Shown: one piece after another, positions 39,348-49,800 of the stretch | Layout: each line of letters starts with the position of its first letter | Numbering within the stretch: position 1 is the stretch's first letter | Assembly (NCBI GenBank): GCA_049515895.1 | Contig: JBEKTQ010000007.1 | Coordinates: 110,819-174,818, forward strand | Source: Candidatus Bathyarchaeia archaeon | GTDB taxonomy: Archaea; Thermoproteota; Bathyarchaeia; Bathyarchaeales; Bathycorpusculaceae | Length of the DNA stretch: 64,000 bases | Direction of reading: 5' to 3' | Position numbers and translations under genes: made by a program | Notes under the pieces: model-generated | Told to the model about the DNA's origin: nothing | Databases searched by the model: none | What the model saw: the letters and a program-made list of their open reading frames with translations, nothing else

Positions 39348-39668
39348 TTGAGCAAGAGTTTTGTTTCTTCCATAAAAGAAGGCGAACTGGGGGAAGGCAA
39401 AATGAAAGCCGTCAGGCTTAAGGGAAAGCCAATTTTGCTATTAAGGGTAGGAGGAGAAATTTATGGTGTATCAAACTCTTGCCCTCACGAAAGCTGCAGC
39501 TTTCAAGGCGGAATCCTCACAGGCTATACCTTGATGTGCCCCTGTCACGGCTGGAAATTCGATATACGAAACGGGCAATACCAAGAAATCCCGCAGGTGA
39601 AACTATCGTGCTATCCCTGCAAAGTTGAGAATGAAAAAATATTAGTTGAAATCAAAAAAGCCAAGTAG
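39348..39668 (+). CDS. Rieske [2Fe-2S] ferredoxin
   Basis: CPHE...CPCHG.KFD Rieske ligands. Confidence 0.9.
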   Translation: MSKSFVSSIKEGELGEGKMKAVRLKGKPILLLRVGGEIYGVSNSCPHESCSFQGGILTGYTLMCPCHGWKFDIRNGQYQEIPQVKLSCYPCKVENEKILVEIKKAK

Positions 39669-39815
39669 CATCCATCTTCTCCCGACTATGGATTTGGATT
39701 TTAAGTTTATTCGCATTCCGTTTTTTGGGCTGCGGGGAGATTTGCAAAAAACAGCTTTATATAAAACAGTAATCTCGTTAAGACATAGGTATTTCAGTGC
39801 GTAGGAAGGATTTTT

Positions 39816-41150
39816 TTGAGACTATTTGATTGGCAACTTTTTGCAGACGCGGAATCTTTTCTTCAAACGCAGCTAAATAAACTTCTGGGCAAGAGCAGTT
39901 TCGCATCGCGGGTGGCCATGGAAATTCAACAGAACACTTCGACAAGCATTTTCAACTGGGTTGACCACTTAAGTCTACCGGCAGAAACCGTAAAAATTGA
40001 GGAGCTTACGAAGCTAGGTTTCGAAGAGTCACAGAAAAACTTGGAAGACTCAGCAGTTTTTCGGGTTAATGGAAGTACGCTGTTCCCGTTGATTCTAAAA
40101 AGAGACAAAAACTCAGAAGTTGCACTCGCCGTTGAAGATATAGAAGATTTCCGAAAAACTATCGGAAAAGAAAAAAGTATTCAAGGAGCACCCTACTCGA
40201 ACTTTAGAAAGTTGTCTCTAGTCAGCGAAAACGATTTTATTTTTTCTCTTGTTGAGAGACGCGGCTCATCAGGCTACACAACTGAAGAAGACATAGGGGA
40301 CGTTGACTTGTATGTTAACGCCTTGCATACATTAGAAACACGCCAAAGACTCTTCTCATCTGCTGAAGAAGGCATTTTCGAAACTGAGAAACTGCTAAGA
40401 GACTTTGGAAACAAACTTAGCAAACCGCGATTAGCTGACGCTTTCTTCCGTGCGGAAAGACGCTACTGGGAAACCCGAAATCACTCAGCCAAAACTCAGA
40501 AAGCTAGGCAGGATAGGGTAGGCGTTGGATGGGGCAACGTTGACCACCATACCTTCAGGTCCTCACGCCGAAGTTTTGCCGCTTTAATCCGCCTATTCGA
40601 GTATATAGGACTTAAGTCCCGCGAAAGTTTTCACGCTGGCGCCCAAGCGGGTTGGGGAGCACAAATCTTGGAGGATCGAGATGGGCGAAACGTTGTTTTC
40701 GCCGATGTTGACTTGTCTGCCCAAGAAAAAGACGTTGATTTCGCTCACATAGGGCTTGAAATGCGTAATGAGTTGGGTTCGGTTGGCTTGTGGGTTGGGT
40801 TGCACGGGGAAAGCATCCTTGAGGCTGGGATGCATCACTTAGCTGCACGTTTCAACTTTGAGGCGGTGCGAGAAGACCTTAAGGCGATAGGCGTCGGCAT
40901 GATGAGACCTTTCTCCAATTTTCCCTTCCTTAAACAGGCCTTCACGGAACCTGAGAAGTGGCAGATTCATGGCGAAAAACTGAATTTGCTATTAAAAAAT
41001 CAAAGCATAAGCAGTCAGCAGGCTTCAGCGTTTCTTCGGGACGGCGCGATTGCCAGCCATTTGGAGAACATCGAGCGCGGTCAAGGTTTCAAGGGGTTCA
41101 ACCAGAATTCAGTCAGCGCAATTATCAAATGGACCAATCCCTTAACTTAA
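39816..41150 (+). CDS. conserved hypothetical protein, possible VOC/glyoxalase-fold metalloprotein
   Basis: 444-aa ORF with DHHTFR, GLHGES, GMHHL, HLE His/Glu clusters. Confidence 0.45.
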   Translation: MRLFDWQLFADAESFLQTQLNKLLGKSSFASRVAMEIQQNTSTSIFNWVDHLSLPAETVKIEELTKLGFEESQKNLEDSAVFRVNGSTLFPLILKRDKNSEVALAVEDIEDFRKTIGKEKSIQGAPYSNFRKLSLVSENDFIFSLVERRGSSGYTTEEDIGDVDLYVNALHTLETRQRLFSSAEEGIFETEKLLRDFGNKLSKPRLADAFFRAERRYWETRNHSAKTQKARQDRVGVGWGNVDHHTFRSSRRSFAALIRLFEYIGLKSRESFHAGAQAGWGAQILEDRDGRNVVFADVDLSAQEKDVDFAHIGLEMRNELGSVGLWVGLHGESILEAGMHHLAARFNFEAVREDLKAIGVGMMRPFSNFPFLKQAFTEPEKWQIHGEKLNLLLKNQSISSQQASAFLRDGAIASHLENIERGQGFKGFNQNSVSAIIKWTNPLT

Positions 41151-41174
41151 GAAGAAAAATATGCCTAAGTTAGA

Positions 41175-42152
41175 TTAGGCGTTGGGGTTCTGGCTTAGCT
41201 GCTGCAGCGCTCGAAGACGCTTGGTTATGTTCGGGTGAGTCGACAAAGCTTCTGTCAAATTGTCTGCGCCAGTTATTTTCCTCGACAGGATTTCCTGAAC
41301 CATGAACGATGCTTCGACGTTTTTTGCAGCTTGGTCGGAATTGCCCGGATCGGAGATGAAGAGGCATTTGAAAGCACTTACGCTTTGCTGCTGTCCTTGC
41401 CCTCTTGACTTACTTGTTTTCTTTGAGGCGCTGACGATTTTCGCGAGCGCAGTCGAGAGCTTCCATGCGCCGTTATCTACCACTTGAACGCTGTTTCTGT
41501 CGGCGTAATACTCACGTATTCTGCTCAACCATAACGTAAAGAAGGTGAGTAGATACCCAAATCCCATCAAGCCAATGCCGATGATTGCCCCATTGCCGTT
41601 GCTGCTTCTTCTGCTTCCCCCAGAGGCCATTCCAGACCACATCAGTGAGTACCCAGCATACATGAAGATGGACGGCAAGACTGAAACAGCCATCATAACT
41701 TGAACGTCTCGATGCCTGAGATGTCCCAGTTCATGTCCCAAGACCGCTTCAACCTCGTCCGTGTTCAACGCCGTCAGCAATCCTGGTGTCACTGCGACAC
41801 GGCTGCCTGCAAGCGGAGAACCATAGGCGAAAGCGTTTGGAACAGGGATCTGAGCTAGCATGAGCTCCGGGGTTTTTATGTGGCATTTCTGACTTAGGGT
41901 GTTGACGATTTGGTGAAGTTGAGGATTCTCTGCTTGTGAAATTTTTCTGATCTTGTAAACAGCGCCTAATAAGTATGGTGCGAAGAGCCATTGAGCAACG
42001 TTTATGACTACTACAATTATGCCTAACGCAACGATGTTGAAGACGCCGAAATACAACATAACGCCAGTTAAGACTAGAGTAGACAACCCGATGATGATTG
42101 TAAGGGTTGCCAGCATTGAAAGTCTAAGTTCAACAATACCCATATTGGTCAA
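41175..42152 (-). CDS. htpX: zinc metalloprotease HtpX (M48)
   Basis: PNAFA, HELGH, SRIREYYAD, STHP...R. Confidence 0.92.
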   Translation of the reverse strand: MTNMGIVELRLSMLATLTIIIGLSTLVLTGVMLYFGVFNIVALGIIVVVINVAQWLFAPYLLGAVYKIRKISQAENPQLHQIVNTLSQKCHIKTPELMLAQIPVPNAFAYGSPLAGSRVAVTPGLLTALNTDEVEAVLGHELGHLRHRDVQVMMAVSVLPSIFMYAGYSLMWSGMASGGSRRSSNGNGAIIGIGLMGFGYLLTFFTLWLSRIREYYADRNSVQVVDNGAWKLSTALAKIVSASKKTSKSRGQGQQQSVSAFKCLFISDPGNSDQAAKNVEASFMVQEILSRKITGADNLTEALSTHPNITKRLRALQQLSQNPNA

Positions 42153-42341
42153 TAATTGGCATTCATAACAGCCGCTTATATTTTTTACTTAGTGCAATGG
42201 CTATTTGCCACGGAAAAGACAACGTTTTCTTTAACAATTCAGACAACGGAGATTCTTGATTTTTTTGAACAGTAAGAGAGGTCTAGATAGTGTTTAATAT
42301 TAAAATAGGATGCATAAGTAATTAATGAAAGTCATCTGTGA

Positions 42342-42773
42342 GTGAAGATTATGATGGGCGAAAATAATGCGGATAGCTTAGAAATCGAGGTCCATCCTCA
42401 AGCTCTTGAGTTTCTTAAGAAAAGCGGCGATGTCTTCGTCCTTACGGATGTTCAAAACCCCCAGTATTCCTACTACAGAATTAAGGATTATGATTCTAAT
42501 CTCAAGGTCAAGTTTGAAGAGTTCGTGGAAATCTGCAAAGGATATCCTGAAAGTCAAACGGATGTAAACAACCCGACCGCTGAATTTGTCGTCACCGTTT
42601 TTAACGTAAATTCCCCATCAAAGACGATGCCTTCCAACCTGGCCTTTTATGTTTCGAAATCTGGGTTCCCGTCAGTTGACGATTGGTTGAAAACATTGAA
42701 GGCGGATGAAATTCCCGATTGTGAAAGTGGATATAGAAAAACGTTCTACCTTTACCGCATACAAACTTCCTAA
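42342..42773 (+). CDS. hypothetical protein
   Basis: 143-aa ORF. Confidence 0.6.
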   Translation: MKIMMGENNADSLEIEVHPQALEFLKKSGDVFVLTDVQNPQYSYYRIKDYDSNLKVKFEEFVEICKGYPESQTDVNNPTAEFVVTVFNVNSPSKTMPSNLAFYVSKSGFPSVDDWLKTLKADEIPDCESGYRKTFYLYRIQTS

Positions 42774-42895
42774 AATGCTGTCCTTTTAATTTCATTTTTT
42801 CGTTCGGTGGCATCTGCTACTTTTGAACGGAAAATTTTAAAAGCTTACATTTGTTGTGGTCTATTAATCTACAAATTTACTGAAGATGAAAAGAA

Positions 42896-44164
42896 ATGAA
42901 GAGAATACTCACAGCGTTACTTCTGGGGATTTTGTTTTTGTCGATTTTTGTGGCAGTAGCTCCGAAAAGCTTGGCTCAACAATCAATTGACTGGTGGTCC
43001 ACGTTCCGCCACGACACAACTCACACGGCATACTCAACTTCGACGGGACCAACTACAAACACCCTCCTTTGGAGTTACGCAACAGGCAATTCAGTATCCT
43101 ATAGTTCTCCCGCGGTTTTAAACGGTGTCGTTTTCGTCGGTTCCAATGATCACTACCTTTACGCCCTCAATGCTGCCAATGGTGCGTACATCTGGAGCTA
43201 CAAGACAGGCAGTTCCATTGATTCTTCCCCAGCAGTCGCCAACGGCATCGTCTACGTAGGATCAGAAGACCACAAAGTCTATGCAATAAACGCCACGAAC
43301 GGTTCCAAGTTATGGAGCTTCAGCACCGGTGACAAAGTCGAGTCCTCGCCTGCAGTCGCTAATGACATAGTATATGTTGGTTCAGACGACGGCAAAGTTT
43401 ATGCTATCTACGCTCAAACAGGCACCAAAGACTGGAGCTTCAGCGCTGGCAACGCAGTTGTTTCGTCACCTGCAGTTGCAAATGGTGTAGTGTACGTTGG
43501 TTCAGAAGACAACAACGTGTACGCTTTGAACGCTGCAACGGGCTCCAAAATCTGGAGCTACGCGACCAGTGGCTCAGTGGATGGCTCTCCGGCAGTTTGG
43601 AACGGCACAGTGTACATCGGTTCAGACGATAACAGCGTGTACGCTTTAAGCGTCCAAACTGGTACCAGAGTCTGGAGCTTCGGAACAGGAAACTATGTGG
43701 TTTCTTGTCCGGCCGTCGCTAACGGCGTCGTTTTCATAGGTTCAGAAGATGACAACGTGTATGCTTTGAATGCTGAAAGCGGCAGCAAGATCTGGAGCTA
43801 CAATACAGGCAACCAAGTTGAGTCTTCGCCTTCCGTCGTCAACGGCTTAGTGTACGTAGGTTCTGACGACGACAACGTCTACGCTTTGAACGCATCTACA
43901 GGCGGCACGGTTTGGACTTACGGAACCACCAATCTCGTAGATTCTTCCCCTGCAGTTGCAAACGGAGTGGTCTACGTTGGCTCAGTCGATAACAGTGTCT
44001 ACGCTTTCGGTACAATTACCATTCCCCAACCATCCCCCTATCAACCACCAATTCCAGAGTTCCAAGGCAAAGCAGTCACTTTTACATTGGTTGCCATCGT
44101 GGCATTCGCTTCATTCGCTGTAATCGCCGCAAATAAAAAGAGCATAAGAGAAAGAAGACCTTAG
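42896..44164 (+). CDS. PQQ-type beta-propeller surface protein with PEF-CTERM-like sorting signal
   Basis: Signal peptide; eight ~40-aa repeats W.Y.TG..V.SSPAVANG.VYVGS.D..VYALNA; IPEF + TM + basic tail. Confidence 0.88.
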   Translation: MKRILTALLLGILFLSIFVAVAPKSLAQQSIDWWSTFRHDTTHTAYSTSTGPTTNTLLWSYATGNSVSYSSPAVLNGVVFVGSNDHYLYALNAANGAYIWSYKTGSSIDSSPAVANGIVYVGSEDHKVYAINATNGSKLWSFSTGDKVESSPAVANDIVYVGSDDGKVYAIYAQTGTKDWSFSAGNAVVSSPAVANGVVYVGSEDNNVYALNAATGSKIWSYATSGSVDGSPAVWNGTVYIGSDDNSVYALSVQTGTRVWSFGTGNYVVSCPAVANGVVFIGSEDDNVYALNAESGSKIWSYNTGNQVESSPSVVNGLVYVGSDDDNVYALNASTGGTVWTYGTTNLVDSSPAVANGVVYVGSVDNSVYAFGTITIPQPSPYQPPIPEFQGKAVTFTLVAIVAFASFAVIAANKKSIRERRP

Positions 44165-44228
44165 GGCTAAAAAAAATTTGGAAAAATCGACAATATAGGT
44201 AAATCGTGCACCACATGATGAGCTTTAT

Positions 44229-45692
44229 CTATTCGATGTAGGTTTTCTGAAGATTTCCAGAATAGTCAACATACACCGTTTTCAGCTCAGTAAATTCCCT
44301 CACGCCTTCAGGTCCGTCTTCCCGCGTGTTTCCCGAATGCTTGCTGCCTCCGAAAGGAAGGTGACATTCTGCGCCGATTGTCGGGCTGTTAACATAAGTT
44401 AATCCTGCCTGCAGCTTGTTGATTGCGACAAAAGCGTTCCTTATGCTGTTGGTGTATATGGAGGAGCTCAAGCCGTACTCAACGGAATTTGCAACCTCGA
44501 TTGCCTCAACAAGGTTTCTTGCGGCGAAAATTGAGATTACTGGTCCAAAGATTTCCTCCTGAGCGATCCGCATGTTAACAGCGCAGTCAGTAAAGACAGT
44601 TGGCTCAAAGAAGTACCCTTTCAAATCTCTAGGTACACTGCCCCCAATAAGGAGCTTTGCGCCCTCTTTTTTCCCGATTTCCACGTATCTGCCTACTTTT
44701 TCTTGAGCCGCTTTATTAACTAAAGGTCCAAGGTCAGTTTTAGGGTCTAAACCATTTCCAAGTCGAAGTCTGCGGACCCGCTCGACCAGCATAGCTTCAA
44801 AGGCTTCTTTTATTTTCTCATGAACAATCACTCTGGAGCTGGCCGTGCATCTCTGCCCCGAGGTTTCAAAGCCGCCCCAAAGAACCCCGTCAACAGCCAG
44901 CTTAAGATCTGCATCATCCATAACAACAATCGGGTTTTTCCCGCCCATCTCAAGATTTACCCTTTTAAGCCCAGCCTCCCTCAGGATGGAGGCGCCTGTG
45001 TCTTTGTGTCCTGTGAAACTGATGACTCGCACACGTTTATCGCTAATCAAAGCCATCCCGACGGTTTCGCCTGGACCAGTAACCAAATTAAGTACGCCCT
45101 TCGGGATACCTGCTTTTTCCACTATCTCGACAAGCTTAGTTGCGCAAAGCGGCGTGTCAGAAGCGGGCTTAAACACGGCGGTGTTCCCGCAGAGAAGCGA
45201 GTAAAAAACCTTTTTGGCAGGAATGGCTATGGGAAAATTCCATGGCGAAATCAACCCAGCCACGCCGATAGGCAGCCGAACCGTCATTGCAAACTTGCGT
45301 GGTTTTTCCGAGGGCGCCGTATACCCGAAGAGCCTTTTGCCTTCACCCGCTGCGTAAAACCCAACGTTGATTGCCTCTTGAACGTCGGCGCTTGCGTCAA
45401 GCAACGTCTTTCCCATCTCTCGGGTCATAATTCGAGATAGCTCATCCTTATTTTCGCTAAGCAACTGGGCAGCTTTAAAAATGTACTCGGCACGTTTCGG
45501 AGCTGGCGTATCCGACCAACCGTCAAAAGCTTCTTCAGCAAACTCAACTGCCTTCTGGGCGTCAAGAGCGTTTCCTTTCTGAAATTCCCCTATGACTTCG
45601 TCTGGGTCTGCAGGGTTAACCCTTGTGAAGGTTTCACCCGATTCTGAGTTTACCCATTCACCGTTGATGAACAATTGATATTTCGAAACCAT
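44229..45692 (-). CDS. NAD(P)-dependent aldehyde dehydrogenase
   Basis: PWNFP, KPA, FTG, EMGGKNP, GQRCTA, EEIFGP, PFGG. Confidence 0.93.
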   Translation of the reverse strand: MVSKYQLFINGEWVNSESGETFTRVNPADPDEVIGEFQKGNALDAQKAVEFAEEAFDGWSDTPAPKRAEYIFKAAQLLSENKDELSRIMTREMGKTLLDASADVQEAINVGFYAAGEGKRLFGYTAPSEKPRKFAMTVRLPIGVAGLISPWNFPIAIPAKKVFYSLLCGNTAVFKPASDTPLCATKLVEIVEKAGIPKGVLNLVTGPGETVGMALISDKRVRVISFTGHKDTGASILREAGLKRVNLEMGGKNPIVVMDDADLKLAVDGVLWGGFETSGQRCTASSRVIVHEKIKEAFEAMLVERVRRLRLGNGLDPKTDLGPLVNKAAQEKVGRYVEIGKKEGAKLLIGGSVPRDLKGYFFEPTVFTDCAVNMRIAQEEIFGPVISIFAARNLVEAIEVANSVEYGLSSSIYTNSIRNAFVAINKLQAGLTYVNSPTIGAECHLPFGGSKHSGNTREDGPEGVREFTELKTVYVDYSGNLQKTYIE

Positions 45693-45878
45693 TTTAAACA
45701 CTTCTTAATTTTTTTGGCCCTTCTAAAATTAACTGCTTTTTTGTCTGACCCTGCGTTTAATTTGTTCAGGGTCATGTTCTAGATTGTAAATAGCATTATT
45801 AACCTCTTCGAATCAAACGGAATTGAGAAAAAGTCTTTCTGACACGGCGATGATTCTTAATCCTGAGAGTCGAATTGA

Positions 45879-46484
45879 ATGGAAGATTATGATTGGGATT
45901 CTGATTATGCATCAGGGAATTTTAGTCATTGGGAGCCGAATGCTCCGTCACCTGAGCTTGCTGCATTAATAGCTGCTGGGTTAATCGGGAAAAAAGCTAA
46001 GATTTTGGATGTCGGTTGTGGAGGTGGGTTGGACTCGATTTTTATGGCGCAATGCTGGTTCAGCGTAACTGGCGTCGACTTAAGCAAGAAAGCGCTTAAT
46101 ATCGCCAGAGAAAGAGCAGACAAAGGCAAGGCTAAGGTTGACTGGTTAGTTGGTAGTGTTTTGCATTTGCCGATTAAAGCTGGAGCCTTCGATTTCGTTA
46201 CTGACCGCGGTTTGTTTCACTTAATCGAAAACGTCGACAGACCGAGGTATGGTTCTGAAATATTCCGAGCCCTAAGACCCGGTGGGTATGCGGTGATTAG
46301 GGGAGCAAGCGAAGAAATTGGGCAAGATCGTTTTAACCCTATAACCGAGGAAGCAATCGACAAAGCATTTCCAAAACCAAAATGGCACAGAGGTTCAGTC
46401 GTGCCTTTGCCACTTTCTTCCAGCGCTGGAACGATTGACGCCAGAATCGCAATTCTGAAAAAGATAAACAAAAATTCCGTCTAG
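45879..46484 (+). CDS. class I SAM-dependent methyltransferase
   Basis: ILDVGCGGG, GVDLS, FDFVTDRGLFH, LRPGG. Confidence 0.9.
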   Translation: MEDYDWDSDYASGNFSHWEPNAPSPELAALIAAGLIGKKAKILDVGCGGGLDSIFMAQCWFSVTGVDLSKKALNIARERADKGKAKVDWLVGSVLHLPIKAGAFDFVTDRGLFHLIENVDRPRYGSEIFRALRPGGYAVIRGASEEIGQDRFNPITEEAIDKAFPKPKWHRGSVVPLPLSSSAGTIDARIAILKKINKNSV

Positions 46485-46495
46485 CTCGTTATAGC

Positions 46496-46660
46496 TTAAG
46501 CTGCTTTTCCAGAAAGTTCATGTTTCCTTACTATTCTGGTGCGGTACCAACTCCAAATCTGCTCTGCGGCGTCCTCAGAGTATCCTGAATTGGTTAAAAC
46601 TCTTTTGAACGAATGCTGTGATAACGTCTTCGGTTTTTTGTTGTTCTGTTGCGGTGGCAT
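46496..46660 (-). CDS. small hypothetical protein (54 aa)
   Basis: MPPQQNNKKPKTLSQHSFKRVLTNSGYSEDAAEQIWSWYRTRIVRKHELSGKAA; below ORF-track cutoff. Confidence 0.5.
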   Translation of the reverse strand: MPPQQNNKKPKTLSQHSFKRVLTNSGYSEDAAEQIWSWYRTRIVRKHELSGKAA

Positions 46661-46880
46661 ACTTTTTCAAACGGGGAAAAAATAATAAAGGTTTTGATTT
46701 TTGAATCAAATTTGTAGGTGTGTACAACGTGAATACAAATCATTCAAGCCTTATGGATTTCTTCAGTTGTTTTGCCGGTTTTCTCCATATTCCTGTCTGC
46801 AAGTTTTTGCATTTTCACTCTGAAAAAACCTTAAATGAGGCATTAATCTCGTACCAAAATGAGTTTTTTGAGGAGTTTGC

Positions 46881-47130
46881 GACAGATTTGACTTTTTTTC
46901 GACTTCTATTGACTTTGGGGAGATTTAAGGAGATTTTGGGAGAATTTGGGAGATTAAGGGAGAATTCGAAAATTTTCCATCGCCTTACGTCGCTAATCCT
47001 GTCATTAGCTTTGACTTTTTAAGACGTTTATTGACTTTTTCAGACTTCTATTGACTTCTATTGACTTTTGTTGACGTTAGTAGACTTTAGTTGACTTTGG
47101 CAGACGATAGTTGACTTTAGTTGACGCAAC
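46881..47130. repeat. 10-bp-period tandem arrays (GAC-core and GGAGA-core)
   Basis: Twelve consecutive 10-mers NNGACNNNNN at 47011-47130; five AGAWTTNRGG-like 10-mers at 46921-46970. Confidence 0.85.
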
Positions 47131-47142
47131 CTGCAACCAATC

Positions 47143-47373
47143 CAAGCCCCAAACCAAAAAACCAACCCAAAACGCAAAGAACAAAATTTCCGCGACAAAA
47201 AACCGCAAAACCTCCAGCTCACACCTCTCGACCGGCATTTCCCTTGCGATTTTTTTTGGATTCTTTTAGATTTTTCTAGATCTTTCTAGATGTTTTTAGA
47301 TGTTTCTAGATGATAGTTGCAATAGCTGCAAGCCCCAAACCAAGAAACCAACCCAAAACACAAAGAACAAAAT
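47143..47373. repeat. 45-bp direct repeat flanking a third 10-bp array
   Basis: 47143-47187 and 47329-47373 are 43/45 identical; six TNTTTYTAGA-like 10-mers at 47251-47310. Confidence 0.85.
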
Positions 47374-47386
47374 AGCTGAAAGAACT

Positions 47387-49471
47387 TTAGGTTTCATGCT
47401 TCTCTTCTTTTATTCCAAGTTGCTCCAGCATAGTGGAAAGGTTTTCGGTGGGAGGTAGGCATGTTTGGTCACGGCAAACGTAGGCGGTGGCTTTGCCTTC
47501 GATTTGCTGGTAAGCTAATCCTGCCTTGTCAGGGGTGGTAAGTGCGATTACGGCGGTTGGCAGGTAATTGTGTCTTAGTGTTTTGAGCATTTCTTGCGTG
47601 TCCTTTGCGTTTAAGTCGCCGATTACTGTTACCATGTAGGATGGGCCGAGTTGGAAGTCAAGTGCGGAAAGAAAGAACGTGTAAACGTCGGGTGCACCTT
47701 CGACTTCTTCAGCGAAGGTTTTAGTCATTTGCGTCGCCATCTGCTCGTATGTGGGCTCGTTGGTTAAGCGGCTAAGCCACAGCAGGTTGTGAAACGCCAC
47801 TGAGTTGCCTGATGGGGTTGCGCCGTCGTAGAGCTGTTTTATTTTTGGCATACCCGCCGGGGTGCTTTGTGTTTGGTAGAATCCGCCGTTTTGCTTGTCC
47901 CAAAACTTGCTCACCATGCTTTTGGTAAGGTCGATGGCGGCTTGAAGGTACACGTAATTGAACGCCGCCTCGTACAACTGTATTAGCCCAAACACCGCGT
48001 AGGCGTAGTCATCTAGAAATCCCTCTATAGCCACTTCGCCTTTCGCGTAACGATGATACAACACTTCTCCTTTCCGCATATAATTCAATAGAAAATCGGC
48101 TGTCTTGGATGCCGCAGTAAGATACGCAGTGTTGTCGAAGACGCTACCAGCTTTGGCTAAAGCCGCAATCATCAAGCCGTTCCAGTCGGCTAAGACCTTG
48201 TCATCTACCGCTGGAGCGACCCGTCTTTGTCTTGCTTCAAAAAGGGTGTTTTGGATTTTGCCCATCTGCATAATTAGTTGATCAACTGTTAAACCCTTGT
48301 ATGAAGCGAGGTCCTCAAGGCGTTCTGCAATGTGAAAAATGTTTTTGCCGTTTGCATGCCCAGTTTCGTCAAGATAATTGCCTTCAGGTCTCAAGCCATA
48401 GAGGTGAACCGCCAATTCTGAGTCTGCCGGAGCCAAGACATCGAGAACCTCGTCGACAGTCCACAGATAAAATTTGCCTTCTTCACCTTCTGAGTCAGCG
48501 TCTTGAGCGGAGAAAAACCCGCCTTCGCCACCTGCAGACAGCTCACGAAGAATATATTCCAAGGTTTCTTTTCCTGTAATCTTGAACTTGGGGGCGCCCG
48601 TCGCCTGATACGCTTCGACATACGCCAGCGTAAGCAAACCTTGGTCGTAAAGCGTTTTTTCGTAATGAGGAACCAACCAGCTCGCGTCGGTGCTGTACCT
48701 GTGAAAACCAAAACCGATTTGGTCAAAGATTCCCCCCAACCGCATTTGGCGCAAAGTATTTTCAGCGATAGACAAAGCGCTTTTATCCCCAGTGTGAGCA
48801 TACCGGCGCAGAAGATACAGAAGCTTGTGGGGGGTGGGAAACTTTGGGGCTGACCCGAACCCGCCGTTTTCCTTGTCGTAATCCAGCTTGAGACGGTCGA
48901 AGCCATCCTGCAAAACCTCAGGGGCGAGCTGGTTTTGTGGGGTTCTTTTTTCCACGGCTTCTATACGCGACTTGATGTCTGCGCCAACCATTTCCATTTG
49001 GGAACGCTGCGTTTTCCAAATTTGCATTACCTGCGGAATAAGGTCGAGCATGCCGATTATGCCTGGTCGGCTGTGTTTAGGGATGTAGCTTTGCGCATAG
49101 AAAGGGTTCAGTTTAGGCGTCATTATTATGTTTAGGGGCCACCCACAGTTTCTGCCCATGGCTTGGCAAACAGCCATATACGAAGCGTCTATGTCGGGTC
49201 TTTCTTCGCGGTCAACCTTTATGCATACAAACGCCTGATTAAGCAGCTCTGCAACTTGCTTGTCGTTAAAGCATTCCATTTCCATAACGTGGCACCAATG
49301 ACAAGTCGAGTAGCCTATGCTGAGGAAAATGGGTTTATCCTCTGCTTTGGATTTGTCTAGAGCTTCCTGGTTCCAAGGGTACCAGTCTACTGGGTTATAG
49401 GCATGCTGAAGAAGATAAGGGCTTTTTTCGTTGATGAGCCTGTTTGGTTCAGGTTCTTGTTTTGGCTGCAT
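47387..49471 (-). CDS. thioredoxin domain-containing protein (YyaL/SPATA20, DUF255)
   Basis: [47 protein letters not shown]. Confidence 0.92.
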   Translation of the reverse strand: MQPKQEPEPNRLINEKSPYLLQHAYNPVDWYPWNQEALDKSKAEDKPIFLSIGYSTCHWCHVMEMECFNDKQVAELLNQAFVCIKVDREERPDIDASYMAVCQAMGRNCGWPLNIIMTPKLNPFYAQSYIPKHSRPGIIGMLDLIPQVMQIWKTQRSQMEMVGADIKSRIEAVEKRTPQNQLAPEVLQDGFDRLKLDYDKENGGFGSAPKFPTPHKLLYLLRRYAHTGDKSALSIAENTLRQMRLGGIFDQIGFGFHRYSTDASWLVPHYEKTLYDQGLLTLAYVEAYQATGAPKFKITGKETLEYILRELSAGGEGGFFSAQDADSEGEEGKFYLWTVDEVLDVLAPADSELAVHLYGLRPEGNYLDETGHANGKNIFHIAERLEDLASYKGLTVDQLIMQMGKIQNTLFEARQRRVAPAVDDKVLADWNGLMIAALAKAGSVFDNTAYLTAASKTADFLLNYMRKGEVLYHRYAKGEVAIEGFLDDYAYAVFGLIQLYEAAFNYVYLQAAIDLTKSMVSKFWDKQNGGFYQTQSTPAGMPKIKQLYDGATPSGNSVAFHNLLWLSRLTNEPTYEQMATQMTKTFAEEVEGAPDVYTFFLSALDFQLGPSYMVTVIGDLNAKDTQEMLKTLRHNYLPTAVIALTTPDKAGLAYQQIEGKATAYVCRDQTCLPPTENLSTMLEQLGIKEEKHET

Positions 49472-49800
49472 AAAAGGTGACTTCCTGCTTCAGTATAAGC
49501 TTGGTGTCTTTTATTAACTGTTAGGGTTTGACTTGCTTGCGCCATTTATTTGCATAATTTTTAGATTGTTTTTAGTATTTTAAGCGAAATGATTCTTCAA
49601 TAATATTATTGGGATCGTTTGTGCGTTGAAGGGAGGATCCCTACCAATAAGAAAACAGCCCTAACTGACGCAACAAACGCGGATTGACATAACACTCTGG
49701 GCACCTTAAAATCAAAAGCCGAGACCGCTTGTTTATGAGTTTTCTTGTTGTTTCAGCAGGTTTATTGCTATTGAAGCCCACATTTCATTTGGGACTCATC

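Noticed and set aside
45650-45775. Lys-rich 41-aa uORF with an 8-bp hairpin (45746-45774) overlapping the ALDH start
   Set aside because: AT-rich composition explains the Lys codons, the ALDH substrate is unknown, and there is no independent support
46720-47022. 100-aa ORF from the ORF track
   Set aside because: Runs through low-complexity 10-bp repeats and shows no protein-like motifs
46881-47373. Possible CRISPR array
   Set aside because: Units are contiguous 10-mers with no unique 30-40-nt spacers, and there are no cas genes
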